Assembly: GCF_021054785.1 (NCBI RefSeq)
Contig: NZ_CP088239.1
Location: 2,160,001 to 2,192,000 of the forward strand
Source of the DNA: Tannockella kyphosi
GTDB lineage: Bacteria; Bacillota_I; Bacilli_A; Erysipelotrichales; Coprobacillaceae
Direction of reading: 5' to 3'
Length of the DNA: 32,000 nucleotides
The translations under genes and the position numbers were made by a program. The notes beneath the pieces are model-generated. The model was not told where the DNA came from. It did not search any database and saw only the letters and a list, made by a program, of their open reading frames with translations. Positions 15,665 through 24,364 of this stretch are shown one piece after another (the stretch's first letter is position 1; every line of letters starts with the position of its first letter).

Positions 15665-16369
15665 ATGGCACCCCTTAAAACATATTCTAATTGGTTTGTA
15701 AGAAGTGATGATAACAAAGAACAAATAGAACCTTTCAAAAGTTATTATATTATATGTGAAGGGCAAAATACGGAGAAATGGTATTTTGAGAGCTTAATTG
15801 ATAGGAAGAGAGAATTAGGAATACATGCTTCTATTGATATAAAGTATCTTGAAAAAACAAAAGAAGATAAAGATTTATCGCATCCTATAAAATTAATGGA
15901 GTTGGCTAACAAATTTAAAGAAAATAATAACAGACAATTTGATAAGAATCATGACGAAATGATTATTGTCTTTGATGCTGATATCTATGAAGAGAATAAA
16001 GAAAGATATGATTCTTTAATTAAAGAAGCTTCAAAAGATAATATTCTTGCAATAACAAACCCTGGATTCGAGTTATTCTTACTGTTGCATATTGAAAACT
16101 CATTGGATGAGATTATTGTTCCTCATGAACAGGAGATTGTTAGCAATCAAAAAGTAGGGAATCAACGTTTTATAGCTCATTTATTTAGAAAAACAACCGG
16201 TATGAATGCAAAAAAGAATTCGCGTATAAGTGAATTATCTAAAGACATACAAATAGCAATAAATCAAGAAAAGAATATAAATAATGATATTACTAAAACA
16301 AATGGAAAACTAACAAGTAATGTTGCAAAAGTAATATCGGATATTCTTAATGATCAAGTAGAATTCTAG
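15665..16369 (+). CDS. RloB-like (Toprim-superfamily) protein, putative nuclease effector
   Basis: 234 aa. YYIICEGQNTEKWYF, IVFDADIY and ITNPGFELFLLLH match the RloB family pattern (ilIvCEGekTE.nYF ... vfD.D ... SNPcFElWlLLH). The ATG is 2 nt after the ATPase stop. Confidence 0.8.
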   Translation: MAPLKTYSNWFVRSDDNKEQIEPFKSYYIICEGQNTEKWYFESLIDRKRELGIHASIDIKYLEKTKEDKDLSHPIKLMELANKFKENNNRQFDKNHDEMIIVFDADIYEENKERYDSLIKEASKDNILAITNPGFELFLLLHIENSLDEIIVPHEQEIVSNQKVGNQRFIAHLFRKTTGMNAKKNSRISELSKDIQIAINQEKNINNDITKTNGKLTSNVAKVISDILNDQVEF

Positions 16370-16414
16370 CAAAAGCACTAATCCCTGTTTGGAATTAGTG
16401 CTTTTGCTAGAATT
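16362..16414 (+). terminator. Strong hairpin terminator overlapping the rloB-like stop codon
   Basis: AATTCTAGCAAAAGCACTAAT (16362-16382) pairs with ATTAGTGCTTTTGCTAGAATT (16394-16414): a 21-bp stem with an 11-nt loop. Confidence 0.7.
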
Positions 16415-16753
16415 TATCTAAAGAACCAAGATAGATTGTTTTAAGTAAATGAGGTCATAACAAAATAAGATTCAAAGTTTATAGACTTCGTAGTTTTCAT
16501 TCTTTTTGACATGAATATCATCTTATAGAGAGTGTATAATAAAGTACGAATACTATTTTTATATAATTTGATAAAAAAATACCTATTAAATAAGGAAATA
16601 CAAGAATTAAATTTCGTTTAACTGTAAAACTTTTGAAATGTTTGTTATTTAAATTTGGACTAATAATTTACTGATTTTTTGTTACCAACTAATAGCAATC
16701 TATTGTTTAAGGTGTTATAATAGCAAAGAAATTATAAAAAGGGGAATTGAAAT

Positions 16754-17920
16754 ATGAAAATTGCAGTAGCGGGAACAGGTTATGTTGGTCTATCATTAGC
16801 AACATTATTAGCACAACATAATGAAGTAGTAGCTTTAGATATTATTCCAGAAAAAGTAGAAATGATAAATAATCGTATATCACCTATTCAAGATAACGAA
16901 ATAGAAAAATTCTTCAAAGAAAAAGAATTAAACTTAAAAGCAACAACAAGTAAAGAAGAAGCATTTAAAGATGCTACTTATATCGTAATTAGTACACCTA
17001 CTAATTACGATGTAGAAAAGAATTATTTTGATACAAGTAGTGTAGAAGATGTCATCATTTCAGTAAAAGAAATGAACTTAAATACTACGATGGTAGTAAA
17101 ATCAACAGTACCTGTTGGTTTTATCAAAGATATGAAAGAAAAATATAGTATTGAAAACATCTTATTTTCACCTGAATTCCTAAGAGAAGGAAGTGCCTTA
17201 TATGATAACTTATATCCTTCTAGAATAGTAGTAGGAGAAGATAGTGATAGAGCTAGAATATTTGCTGGTTTATTAGTAGATGGTGCTATGAAAGAAGATA
17301 TAACTGTATTATTTACAGAAAGCACAGAAGCAGAAGCTATTAAGCTATTTGCTAATACATACCTAGCATTACGTGTATCTTTCTTTAATGAGTTAGATAC
17401 TTATGCAGAGTTACGTGATTTAGATACAAAACAAATTATTGATGGTGTATCTTTAGATCCTAGAATAGGAGGACACTATAATAACCCTTCATTTGGATAT
17501 GGAGGATATTGTTTGCCTAAAGATACAAAACAATTATTAGCTAATTATGATAAAGTTCCCCAAAATCTAATTGGTGCTATTGTAGATGCAAATAGAACTA
17601 GAAAAGATCATATTTCTGAAATGATTGTGAAACGTAATCCTAAGGTAGTAGGTATTTATCGTTTAACAATGAAAACAGGATCTGATAATTTTAGAGCATC
17701 TGCAATACAAGGTGTAATGAAAAGATTAAAAGGAAAAGGTATTGAAGTAGTTATCTATGAACCAACATTAAAAGATGAACTATTCTATAACAGTAAAGTT
17801 ATCTCATCATTAGATGAATTTAAAGCAATATCTGATGTTATTCTTTTAAACAGAAACAGTGATGAATTAAATGATGTATTAGATAAAGTATATACTAGAG
17901 ATATTTATACAAGAGACTAA
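16754..17920 (+). CDS. ugd: UDP-glucose 6-dehydrogenase
   Basis: 388 aa. N-terminal Rossmann [35 protein letters not shown], the catalytic-Cys motif [10 protein letters not shown], and [11 protein letters not shown]. Confidence 0.9.
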   Translation: MKIAVAGTGYVGLSLATLLAQHNEVVALDIIPEKVEMINNRISPIQDNEIEKFFKEKELNLKATTSKEEAFKDATYIVISTPTNYDVEKNYFDTSSVEDVIISVKEMNLNTTMVVKSTVPVGFIKDMKEKYSIENILFSPEFLREGSALYDNLYPSRIVVGEDSDRARIFAGLLVDGAMKEDITVLFTESTEAEAIKLFANTYLALRVSFFNELDTYAELRDLDTKQIIDGVSLDPRIGGHYNNPSFGYGGYCLPKDTKQLLANYDKVPQNLIGAIVDANRTRKDHISEMIVKRNPKVVGIYRLTMKTGSDNFRASAIQGVMKRLKGKGIEVVIYEPTLKDELFYNSKVISSLDEFKAISDVILLNRNSDELNDVLDKVYTRDIYTRD

Positions 17921-17950
17921 AAAAACGTGCTAAGCACGTTTTTGTTTTTT
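17921..17950 (+). terminator. Rho-independent terminator of ugd
   Basis: AAAAACGTGC, loop TAA, GCACGTTTTT, then GTTTTTT. Confidence 0.75.
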
Positions 17951-18359
17951 ATGTAACGAAAAAAAGATAACCAGGGGATTATCTTTTGATCTGTTGTTTT
18001 TTAATGTATAGTATTTTTTAAATCTATTTAAATCTATTCAATTGTAAACAACGATAACAACAACAATAGCGTATACCATGTTCTAATATACTAGTCCATT
18101 ATTACATAAAATAGATAAATGTAAATAGAAAACGAGTAAAAACTAATAATTTCTATCAAATTAGTATGAATTGAATATACAATCACCTCTAAGAATACAA
18201 AATCATGTAGTTTGTGACAAGAAAAAAGTATTTTCCTTATAGATTAGCTACTATATAGATACGTCTATAAGGAGCTAATATGAAAAAAAGATGGGAGTGC
18301 TTCAAAGGACGTTATCCTTAATAGTTTTATATTACTATAAAACTATTAAGGAGAGGGAT

Positions 18360-18833
18360 ATGAGAACGCATAGGGATTTTGAATATATATTATTTGTAGT
18401 GGAAGAGAAGTACTATGTAAAAATAAAAGAGACACAAGAAGAGATAGAAGTAGAAAATAAAGTTTTTTGTTTTTTAAGGAGTGAAGGAATGAAAGTATAT
18501 CGTTATTCTTTAGGGATACCATTTTATCGATTAGTAGAAGGTAAATGGAGAAAAGATGGATATAGGGGTTTGATTTTAATGGATAGTGAAATAGAGAGAA
18601 AAGTAATACATGATGGTTTAGAACGTCATGTGTTTTTTAAACTAGAAATAGAATACTTTATGAAACATCTAACGAAACATCAGTTAGATGTTTTTAAACA
18701 CTGTATGTTAAATCAATTATCAATTAGAAGTTATGCAAGAGAACATGGATTACATAAATCAAGTGTAGAGGAAACAATTAGAAATATTAGAAAAAAATAT
18801 AAAAAAATAATGAAAGACCCCCGCCATTTATAA
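18360..18833 (+). CDS. Putative HTH transcription regulator (sigma-70 region-4-like C-terminus) heading the pilus locus
   Basis: ORF 18291-18833. The internal ATG at 18360 is preferred because it follows AAGGAGAGGG. The C-terminus LTKHQLDVFKHCMLNQLSIRSYAREHGLHKSSVEETIRNIRKKY resembles a sigma region 4 / LuxR-like HTH. Confidence 0.5.
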   Translation: MRTHRDFEYILFVVEEKYYVKIKETQEEIEVENKVFCFLRSEGMKVYRYSLGIPFYRLVEGKWRKDGYRGLILMDSEIERKVIHDGLERHVFFKLEIEYFMKHLTKHQLDVFKHCMLNQLSIRSYAREHGLHKSSVEETIRNIRKKYKKIMKDPRHL

Positions 18834-18867
18834 AATAAATGTAGGTTCTATAGTGAAAGGGGGTTAA

Positions 18868-19302
18868 ATGAAAAGAGTTCTAATAAAAGTAGGAGTATTC
18901 ATTATTAGTTTGTATTTAGTACAAGTATTATTTTTAGGAGTATTTATACAGTATGGTCAATCGATGTATCCATCTTTAAAAGATGGTGATCTTGTTTTCT
19001 ATAGTCGTCTATATGAAGAAATATATATAGATGACGTAATAGTTTATAAACAAGATAATGAATTATATTGTGGTAGATGCTTAGGTGATGAAGGAGATGA
19101 GGTGAATGTAGAAGAAGGAATATTAGTAGTAAATGGTATAAATAAGTGTTATGTAGAGGACAGTGATTTTAAAGAAGTAGTCATGGAAGCAGACTATTAT
19201 CTAGTAGTAGTTGATTATGAAGATAATCAACTACTAAAGATAATAGAGGGACAAGACATAGTAGGTAAAGTGAGTATTATAATACGACATCGAGGAATAT
19301 AA
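18868..19302 (+). CDS. Signal peptidase I (S26) homologue, SipA/LepA-like pilus assembly factor
   Basis: 144 aa. One N-terminal TM helix, then GQSMYPSLKDGDLVF (SMxPTL box). By my eye alignment, the box that normally carries the catalytic Lys (K-R-V-I-G-x-P-GD) reads CGRCLGDEGDEV. It is located between a regulator and a pilin/sortase pair. Confidence 0.65.
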   Translation: MKRVLIKVGVFIISLYLVQVLFLGVFIQYGQSMYPSLKDGDLVFYSRLYEEIYIDDVIVYKQDNELYCGRCLGDEGDEVNVEEGILVVNGINKCYVEDSDFKEVVMEADYYLVVVDYEDNQLLKIIEGQDIVGKVSIIIRHRGI

Positions 19303-19315
19303 AAAAGGAGAGAAT

Positions 19316-20470
19316 ATGAAAAAGATTATAATAGGATTTATGATGGTATGTATGATGTTTATAGTAGGGAGTAAAGATGTTTATGCTAGTGAGGATATAT
19401 TTGTATTAGAATCTAAGTTAATGGTTAGTGAAAATGCTGTAAGTGCACCTAATTTATCTTTTAGTTATGCAGTAGAGTATATAAAAAGTAATTTATTAAT
19501 GCCTTCTAATCAAGTATCAATAGATGCTTCTGTATTTACTAATTATTTGATATTAGACCCTAACTCTAATAAAGAAGGTAAATATTTTTCAACAACATCA
19601 AACATTGATTTTAGTAACCTAATATTTAGTAGTACAGGAGTCTATTGTTATCAAATAACAATAGATGCCTGTACTTATAATGATGTGAAGGTAGAGGATT
19701 TATATCAGTATGGAATTATTAAAGATGTAAATGAGAGTCGTTATTTATATGTGTATGTAGTAAATGGGCTAGAGGGATATGAAATAGATAATATTATTAT
19801 GACAAGTGAACTAGATGATGTATCTAAAAGTGATGGATATGTTCATTCATTTGGTGTTGTAGCAAGTGAAGGTGATGGAAGTGAGGAAGATCCATATGTA
19901 CCAGGTGAAGCAGGAGGTGAGTCTATAAGAGATGTTGTAGTTAGTAATGAAATTACAGGTAATATGGCTAATTTAGCGAAAGATTTTTCATTTATATTAT
20001 CGAATGGTACTAATATTAGTGAGAATACAGTATTTAAAGTATTTGATGGAACTACGAATCATTATATAAGTTATAGTAATGAACATGGTTTTATAGAAGG
20101 AACATTAGTTTATAGTGATGAACTAAAAGGATATCAGTTTAATGCTTATATAGATGATATAGATTATAGAGAAGCTAGTTATCTACTAACAAATAATGAA
20201 AGTTTCACTATTTATAGCACAGTATCTGATATGTCATTTGAAGTAATCTCTATCTATGAAGAAAACTACATCACTAGTAGTTCTCCAATAGGAGAACTAC
20301 TAGATGGTAATTATCTAGCAACAAGTAATGAAGCTATTGATTTTACACAAACTTATGAACTAACAGTACCTGAAACAGGAGTATTTCTAAATATACTTCC
20401 CTATGTATTAGGAATAGTAGTTACATCATTAATAGGTATAGGATATCTAAGAATAAAAGATGATTGTTAA
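19316..20470 (+). CDS. Sortase-anchored/polymerised surface protein, FctA (Spy0128)-like pilin
   Basis: 384 aa. Signal peptide MKKIIIGFMMVCMMFIVGSKDVYA. C-terminal sorting signal VPETG, followed by a hydrophobic stretch and RIKDD. The internal pattern IFSSTGVYCYQIT ... SRYLYVYVVN resembles streptococcal backbone-pilin domains. Confidence 0.7.
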   Translation: MKKIIIGFMMVCMMFIVGSKDVYASEDIFVLESKLMVSENAVSAPNLSFSYAVEYIKSNLLMPSNQVSIDASVFTNYLILDPNSNKEGKYFSTTSNIDFSNLIFSSTGVYCYQITIDACTYNDVKVEDLYQYGIIKDVNESRYLYVYVVNGLEGYEIDNIIMTSELDDVSKSDGYVHSFGVVASEGDGSEEDPYVPGEAGGESIRDVVVSNEITGNMANLAKDFSFILSNGTNISENTVFKVFDGTTNHYISYSNEHGFIEGTLVYSDELKGYQFNAYIDDIDYREASYLLTNNESFTIYSTVSDMSFEVISIYEENYITSSSPIGELLDGNYLATSNEAIDFTQTYELTVPETGVFLNILPYVLGIVVTSLIGIGYLRIKDDC

Positions 20471-21152
20471 ATGTTGTAATAAGATAATAGATAGTATTAT
20501 TTTTATTAGTCTATTATTAGTACAACTATATAGCATATATATTATTTATGATTATATAGCTATCTATCGAGGTTCATCAACACAAGCAGTTTATCAAGCC
20601 CTTCAAATAGAAGAAGAAAGCAAACTAGATATAATTACTAACTATTCTGATGTAAAAGGTTGGATTCAATTAGGAGATATCGATTATCCTATCTTACAAG
20701 GACAATCAAATAATCAATATCTCCGTACCAACCTAGAAGGAGAATATAGTTTATCTGGTTCTATCTTTCTAGATTACCGTAATACTAGTGATTTAAGTGA
20801 TAACTATCAAATTATATACGGACATAATATGCAAGCAGGAACTATGTTTGGTTCGTTAGATAAGTATTTAGACAGTGAATATATGGAAAACAATAATATA
20901 GGTATATTAACAACTACTAAAGAAGTAACCATAGAAGTATTTGCATCTTTTGTAACAGATATAAAAGATATCTACTTATATACACCTAGCTATCAAGAAG
21001 AGATTATATCTCTTCTTGATTATATTGTTATAAATAGTGAAGTATATCGTGATATAGAAATATCTAACGATGATCAAGTTATCGCACTAAGTACTTGTAA
21101 AACAACAGGATCGACTGAGAGAATAGTAGTTTTAGCAGTAATGAAACAATAA
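20460..21152 (+). CDS. srtB: Class B sortase
   Basis: 230 aa. An N-terminal TM helix, GWIQLGDIDYPILQGQSNNQYL, SGSIFLDYRN, IIYGHNMQAGTMFGSL, and the catalytic LSTC. Collinear by eye with S. aureus SrtB. It overlaps the pilin gene by 11 nt. Confidence 0.8.
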   Translation: MIVKCCNKIIDSIIFISLLLVQLYSIYIIYDYIAIYRGSSTQAVYQALQIEEESKLDIITNYSDVKGWIQLGDIDYPILQGQSNNQYLRTNLEGEYSLSGSIFLDYRNTSDLSDNYQIIYGHNMQAGTMFGSLDKYLDSEYMENNNIGILTTTKEVTIEVFASFVTDIKDIYLYTPSYQEEIISLLDYIVINSEVYRDIEISNDDQVIALSTCKTTGSTERIVVLAVMKQ

Positions 21153-21440
21153 AGATAGTAATAATAACTATAATTTATATCTGTATATACAATAGAATAA
21201 GATGTAAAGTAATAGTCAATGAAATTCCTACCATTTTTACGGGGTTTTCATTGACTTTTACTTATATCTATGGTTAATTAAAGAGAACGTTTATGTGATA
21301 GAATTTTGGGATTTATATTTTTTGTGTTATAATTATGATTGTATGAATGTTTTGTTCTAAAAACTATACATAATCTTGTAATTTGTTGAAATTACTATAT
21401 AATTTTAACAAATGATTCAAATAAAAAAGGAGATTTAGTT

Positions 21441-22880
21441 ATGATAAAAAAGGTAACAAAGACTTCTACAATTGCAATAATGCAATTGTTAGCGACAATG
21501 GTATTGTTAGTAGTTATCTACCAATTAAATATGATTCCGTTTAAATTTTTAATTGTTATAATTGCCATACTTATTTTATTTTTCATATTTATGTTTAGAA
21601 AAATGAAAAAGAATGAAAAGAGAAAAAGAAATATCTTTTATAAGTTAATAAGTGTTTTAGTAAGTGTTTGTATGTTAATAGGTAGTGTATATATATTACA
21701 AGGGAGTAACCTATTAAGTAGTATTACAGGTGGTACTACACAAGTACAAACAGTATCCGTTATTGTTTTAAATGATAGTGGGTATGAAGAACTAACAGAT
21801 ATTGATGGACTTTCTTTAGGAGTTAACCTAAATACAGATGAAGCTAATATATCACAAGCATTATCATCATTAGAAGAAGAAATAAGTGTATCACAAGTAG
21901 AATCTAGTGGTTTCGCAGATATGGCAGAAAGTCTTTATAACGGAGAAGTAGATGCCATTATTATGAATGAAGTATATCGTACTACAATGGAAAATACATA
22001 TACCAATTTTGATAGTGAAACTACAGTTATATGGACATATGAAATAGAAGAAGAAATAGAAGATATTGCAAAAGAAGCAGATGTAACAAATGAAACATTT
22101 AGTATTTATATTAGTGGTATTGATACATATGGTAGTGTAGGGACAGTATCAAGGTCAGATGTGAATCTGATTTTAACAGTTAACCCTACTACTAAAGAAA
22201 TACTAATGACAAGTATTCCTAGAGATATGTATGTAGATGTTTCTTATAGTACATCATTGAAAGATAAGTTAACTCATGCAGGAAATTATGGTATTAATAC
22301 TTCTGTAGAAACAATAGAGAACTTCTTAGATATCGATATCAATTACTATCTGAAAGTAAACTTCACATCATTGATTGATATTGTCGATGCATTAGGTGGT
22401 GTAAATGTATATTCTCAATATTCATTTACAACACTTACAGGTGGATATTATATTTCCTCTGGTTATAATCAGTTAGAGGGATATGAGGCGTTGTGTTTCG
22501 TTAGAGAAAGATATAGTCTTCCTAATGGAGATTATGATCGTGGTATTAATCAAACAGAATTACTAAAAGCAATGATTGAAAAGGTTATTTCACCAACTAT
22601 TATTACAAACTACACATCCATATTGAACTCAATTGATGGATCGTTTGTAACAAACATGTCAGAAAGTGAAATCCAAAGCTTGATTAAAATGCAGATAAGT
22701 GATATGGCATCATGGACATTCCAAACAGTACAAGTAGAAGGTACCGGTGGTGCATATGCATATACTGCAAGTTATCCTAGTCAAAAACTATCAGTACAAT
22801 ATCCAGTAGATTCTTCTGTGCAAGAAGTATCGGATTATATTAATGCTATGATGACTGGAGAAAGCATTACAGTAGAATAA
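21441..22880 (+). CDS. LytR-CpsA-Psr (LCP) family glycopolymer ligase/regulator
   Basis: 479 aa. N-terminal TM segments. LCP core SIYISGIDTYG...RSDVNLILTVNPTTKEILMTSIPRDMYV and LCFVRERYSLPNGDYDRGINQ. Confidence 0.85.
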   Translation: MIKKVTKTSTIAIMQLLATMVLLVVIYQLNMIPFKFLIVIIAILILFFIFMFRKMKKNEKRKRNIFYKLISVLVSVCMLIGSVYILQGSNLLSSITGGTTQVQTVSVIVLNDSGYEELTDIDGLSLGVNLNTDEANISQALSSLEEEISVSQVESSGFADMAESLYNGEVDAIIMNEVYRTTMENTYTNFDSETTVIWTYEIEEEIEDIAKEADVTNETFSIYISGIDTYGSVGTVSRSDVNLILTVNPTTKEILMTSIPRDMYVDVSYSTSLKDKLTHAGNYGINTSVETIENFLDIDINYYLKVNFTSLIDIVDALGGVNVYSQYSFTTLTGGYYISSGYNQLEGYEALCFVRERYSLPNGDYDRGINQTELLKAMIEKVISPTIITNYTSILNSIDGSFVTNMSESEIQSLIKMQISDMASWTFQTVQVEGTGGAYAYTASYPSQKLSVQYPVDSSVQEVSDYINAMMTGESITVE

Positions 22881-22900
22881 ATAAGAAAAGGGGAACTATT

Positions 22901-24280
22901 TTGAATACGTTATTATTACCAACACTTTTAATAACAATTGAATCATTAGTATATTTAATAATAGGAAACTGTTTAAACATTCCTTTAGAATTAAGTATAA
23001 GAACATTAGTCTTATACTTAATCTTTATGTTTACATACGGACACTATTCACAAAGAACAACACTAATATGGGATGAAATGAAAAATGTTGCTAAAGCAAT
23101 GTTTCTCTATTTCATCGCCATATTTATGTTTGTTTCAGTAGATACTTATCCTTTAAGTATCTTCTTATATGGTTGCATTAGTGTTAGTATGTTTCTTTTT
23201 GCAATAGGTTTAAGTAGATTCTTACGTGTTAAACTACGTAGTTATATTGCAAGAAGGACACTAGTAATAGGAACAGGAAAAGAAGCAGTACGATATTTAG
23301 ATATTACTAAAAACAATAGATTTGCTTTAACAAAAGTAGTAGGAATGGTGTCACTAGATGCAACTCCTAAGTTTGGTGGAAAGCTGTTTGAAACACAAAC
23401 TATTTCTTCTAAACATATAAACTTAGGACAATATGGATATTATCAATTAGATGAAGTAATCTTAAAAAAACGTATTAATCAAATTGTAATAATATTACCA
23501 GATGTAGAAAGAAAAATAACAGAAGAAGTAATGAGAGATGTTAATGGAAAAGTACGTCACATTAAGTTCTTTGTAGAAGGAACAGGATTAATTACATTCT
23601 CTTCTGTAGTACAAGACTTTGATGGATTACTGTTAGTATCTACTTCTAGATCTACCATGAGTATTCTAGATAGAATTCTAAAACGTACAGTAGATATATT
23701 AGCAGGACTAGTAGGATGTCTTATCAACATCCCACTAGCCTTAATGATTAAATATAAGTATGTAAAAAACGGAGATAAAGATCCTATTATTTTCTGTCAA
23801 GATAGAATAGGTAAAGATGGTAAAACTATAAAAATATATAAATTTAGAACAATGATTCCTAATGCAGAAGCAGTATTAGAGAAGTTAATGGATGAAAATC
23901 CATCCATTAAAAAAGAGTATCTTATTAACAAAAAACTAAGGAATGATCCTAGGATCACTCCTTTAGGTAATAAACTAAGAAATTCATCACTAGATGAATT
24001 CCCTCAGTTTATTAATGTCCTAAAAGGAGAAATGTCTTTAGTAGGACCTAGACCATATCTCTTTAGAGAAAAAGAAGATATGGATATCTACTTTGATGCG
24101 ATAGTATCTTGTAAACCAGGTATAACAGGTATGTGGCAAGCCAATGGTAGAAGTGATGTAGGATTTGAAGATAGATGTAAGTTAGATGATTATTACTATA
24201 ATAACTGGTCAGTGTCATTAGATTTTGTTATAATTTATAAAACTGTAAAGGGTGTATTCTACGGAAAAGGGGCGTTGTAA
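22901..24280 (+). CDS. Polyprenyl-phosphate hexose-1-phosphate transferase (WbaP/CpsE-type initiating enzyme)
   Basis: 459 aa with a TTG start after AAAGGGGAA. N-terminal TM block. The C-terminal Bac_transf motifs are RILKRTVDIL, KIYKFRTM, DEFPQFINVLKGEMSLVGPRP and PGITGMWQ. Confidence 0.85.
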   Translation: MNTLLLPTLLITIESLVYLIIGNCLNIPLELSIRTLVLYLIFMFTYGHYSQRTTLIWDEMKNVAKAMFLYFIAIFMFVSVDTYPLSIFLYGCISVSMFLFAIGLSRFLRVKLRSYIARRTLVIGTGKEAVRYLDITKNNRFALTKVVGMVSLDATPKFGGKLFETQTISSKHINLGQYGYYQLDEVILKKRINQIVIILPDVERKITEEVMRDVNGKVRHIKFFVEGTGLITFSSVVQDFDGLLLVSTSRSTMSILDRILKRTVDILAGLVGCLINIPLALMIKYKYVKNGDKDPIIFCQDRIGKDGKTIKIYKFRTMIPNAEAVLEKLMDENPSIKKEYLINKKLRNDPRITPLGNKLRNSSLDEFPQFINVLKGEMSLVGPRPYLFREKEDMDIYFDAIVSCKPGITGMWQANGRSDVGFEDRCKLDDYYYNNWSVSLDFVIIYKTVKGVFYGKGAL

Positions 24281-24364
24281 TTTATAAATAAATATTTTTC
24301 TGTTTATCATGCAAATGAATGTTAAAAAGAATTAAAAATAATTTGAAGAATTTATACAAAAAGG

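Noticed and set aside
15398-15766. 122-aa minus-strand ORF spanning the ATPase/RloB junction
   Set aside because: It is antisense to two ORFs that each carry family motifs. It could in principle be an antisense regulator region, but nothing in the sequence (promoter, RBS) supports a protein.
17023-17325. 100-aa minus-strand ORF inside ugd
   Set aside because: It is antisense to a highly conserved enzyme gene.
18291-18359. N-terminal extension of the pilus-locus regulator (track start at 18291)
   Set aside because: The ATG at 18291 has no RBS. The extension (MGVLQRTLSLIVLYYYKTIKERD) looks non-native. The ATG at 18360 follows AAGGAGAGGG.
21214-21256. 11-bp inverted repeat AGTCAATGAAA / TTTCATTGACT after the sortase gene, considered as a terminator
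   Set aside because: The 21-nt loop and lack of a T-tract make it a weak terminator candidate, so it is not listed as a feature.
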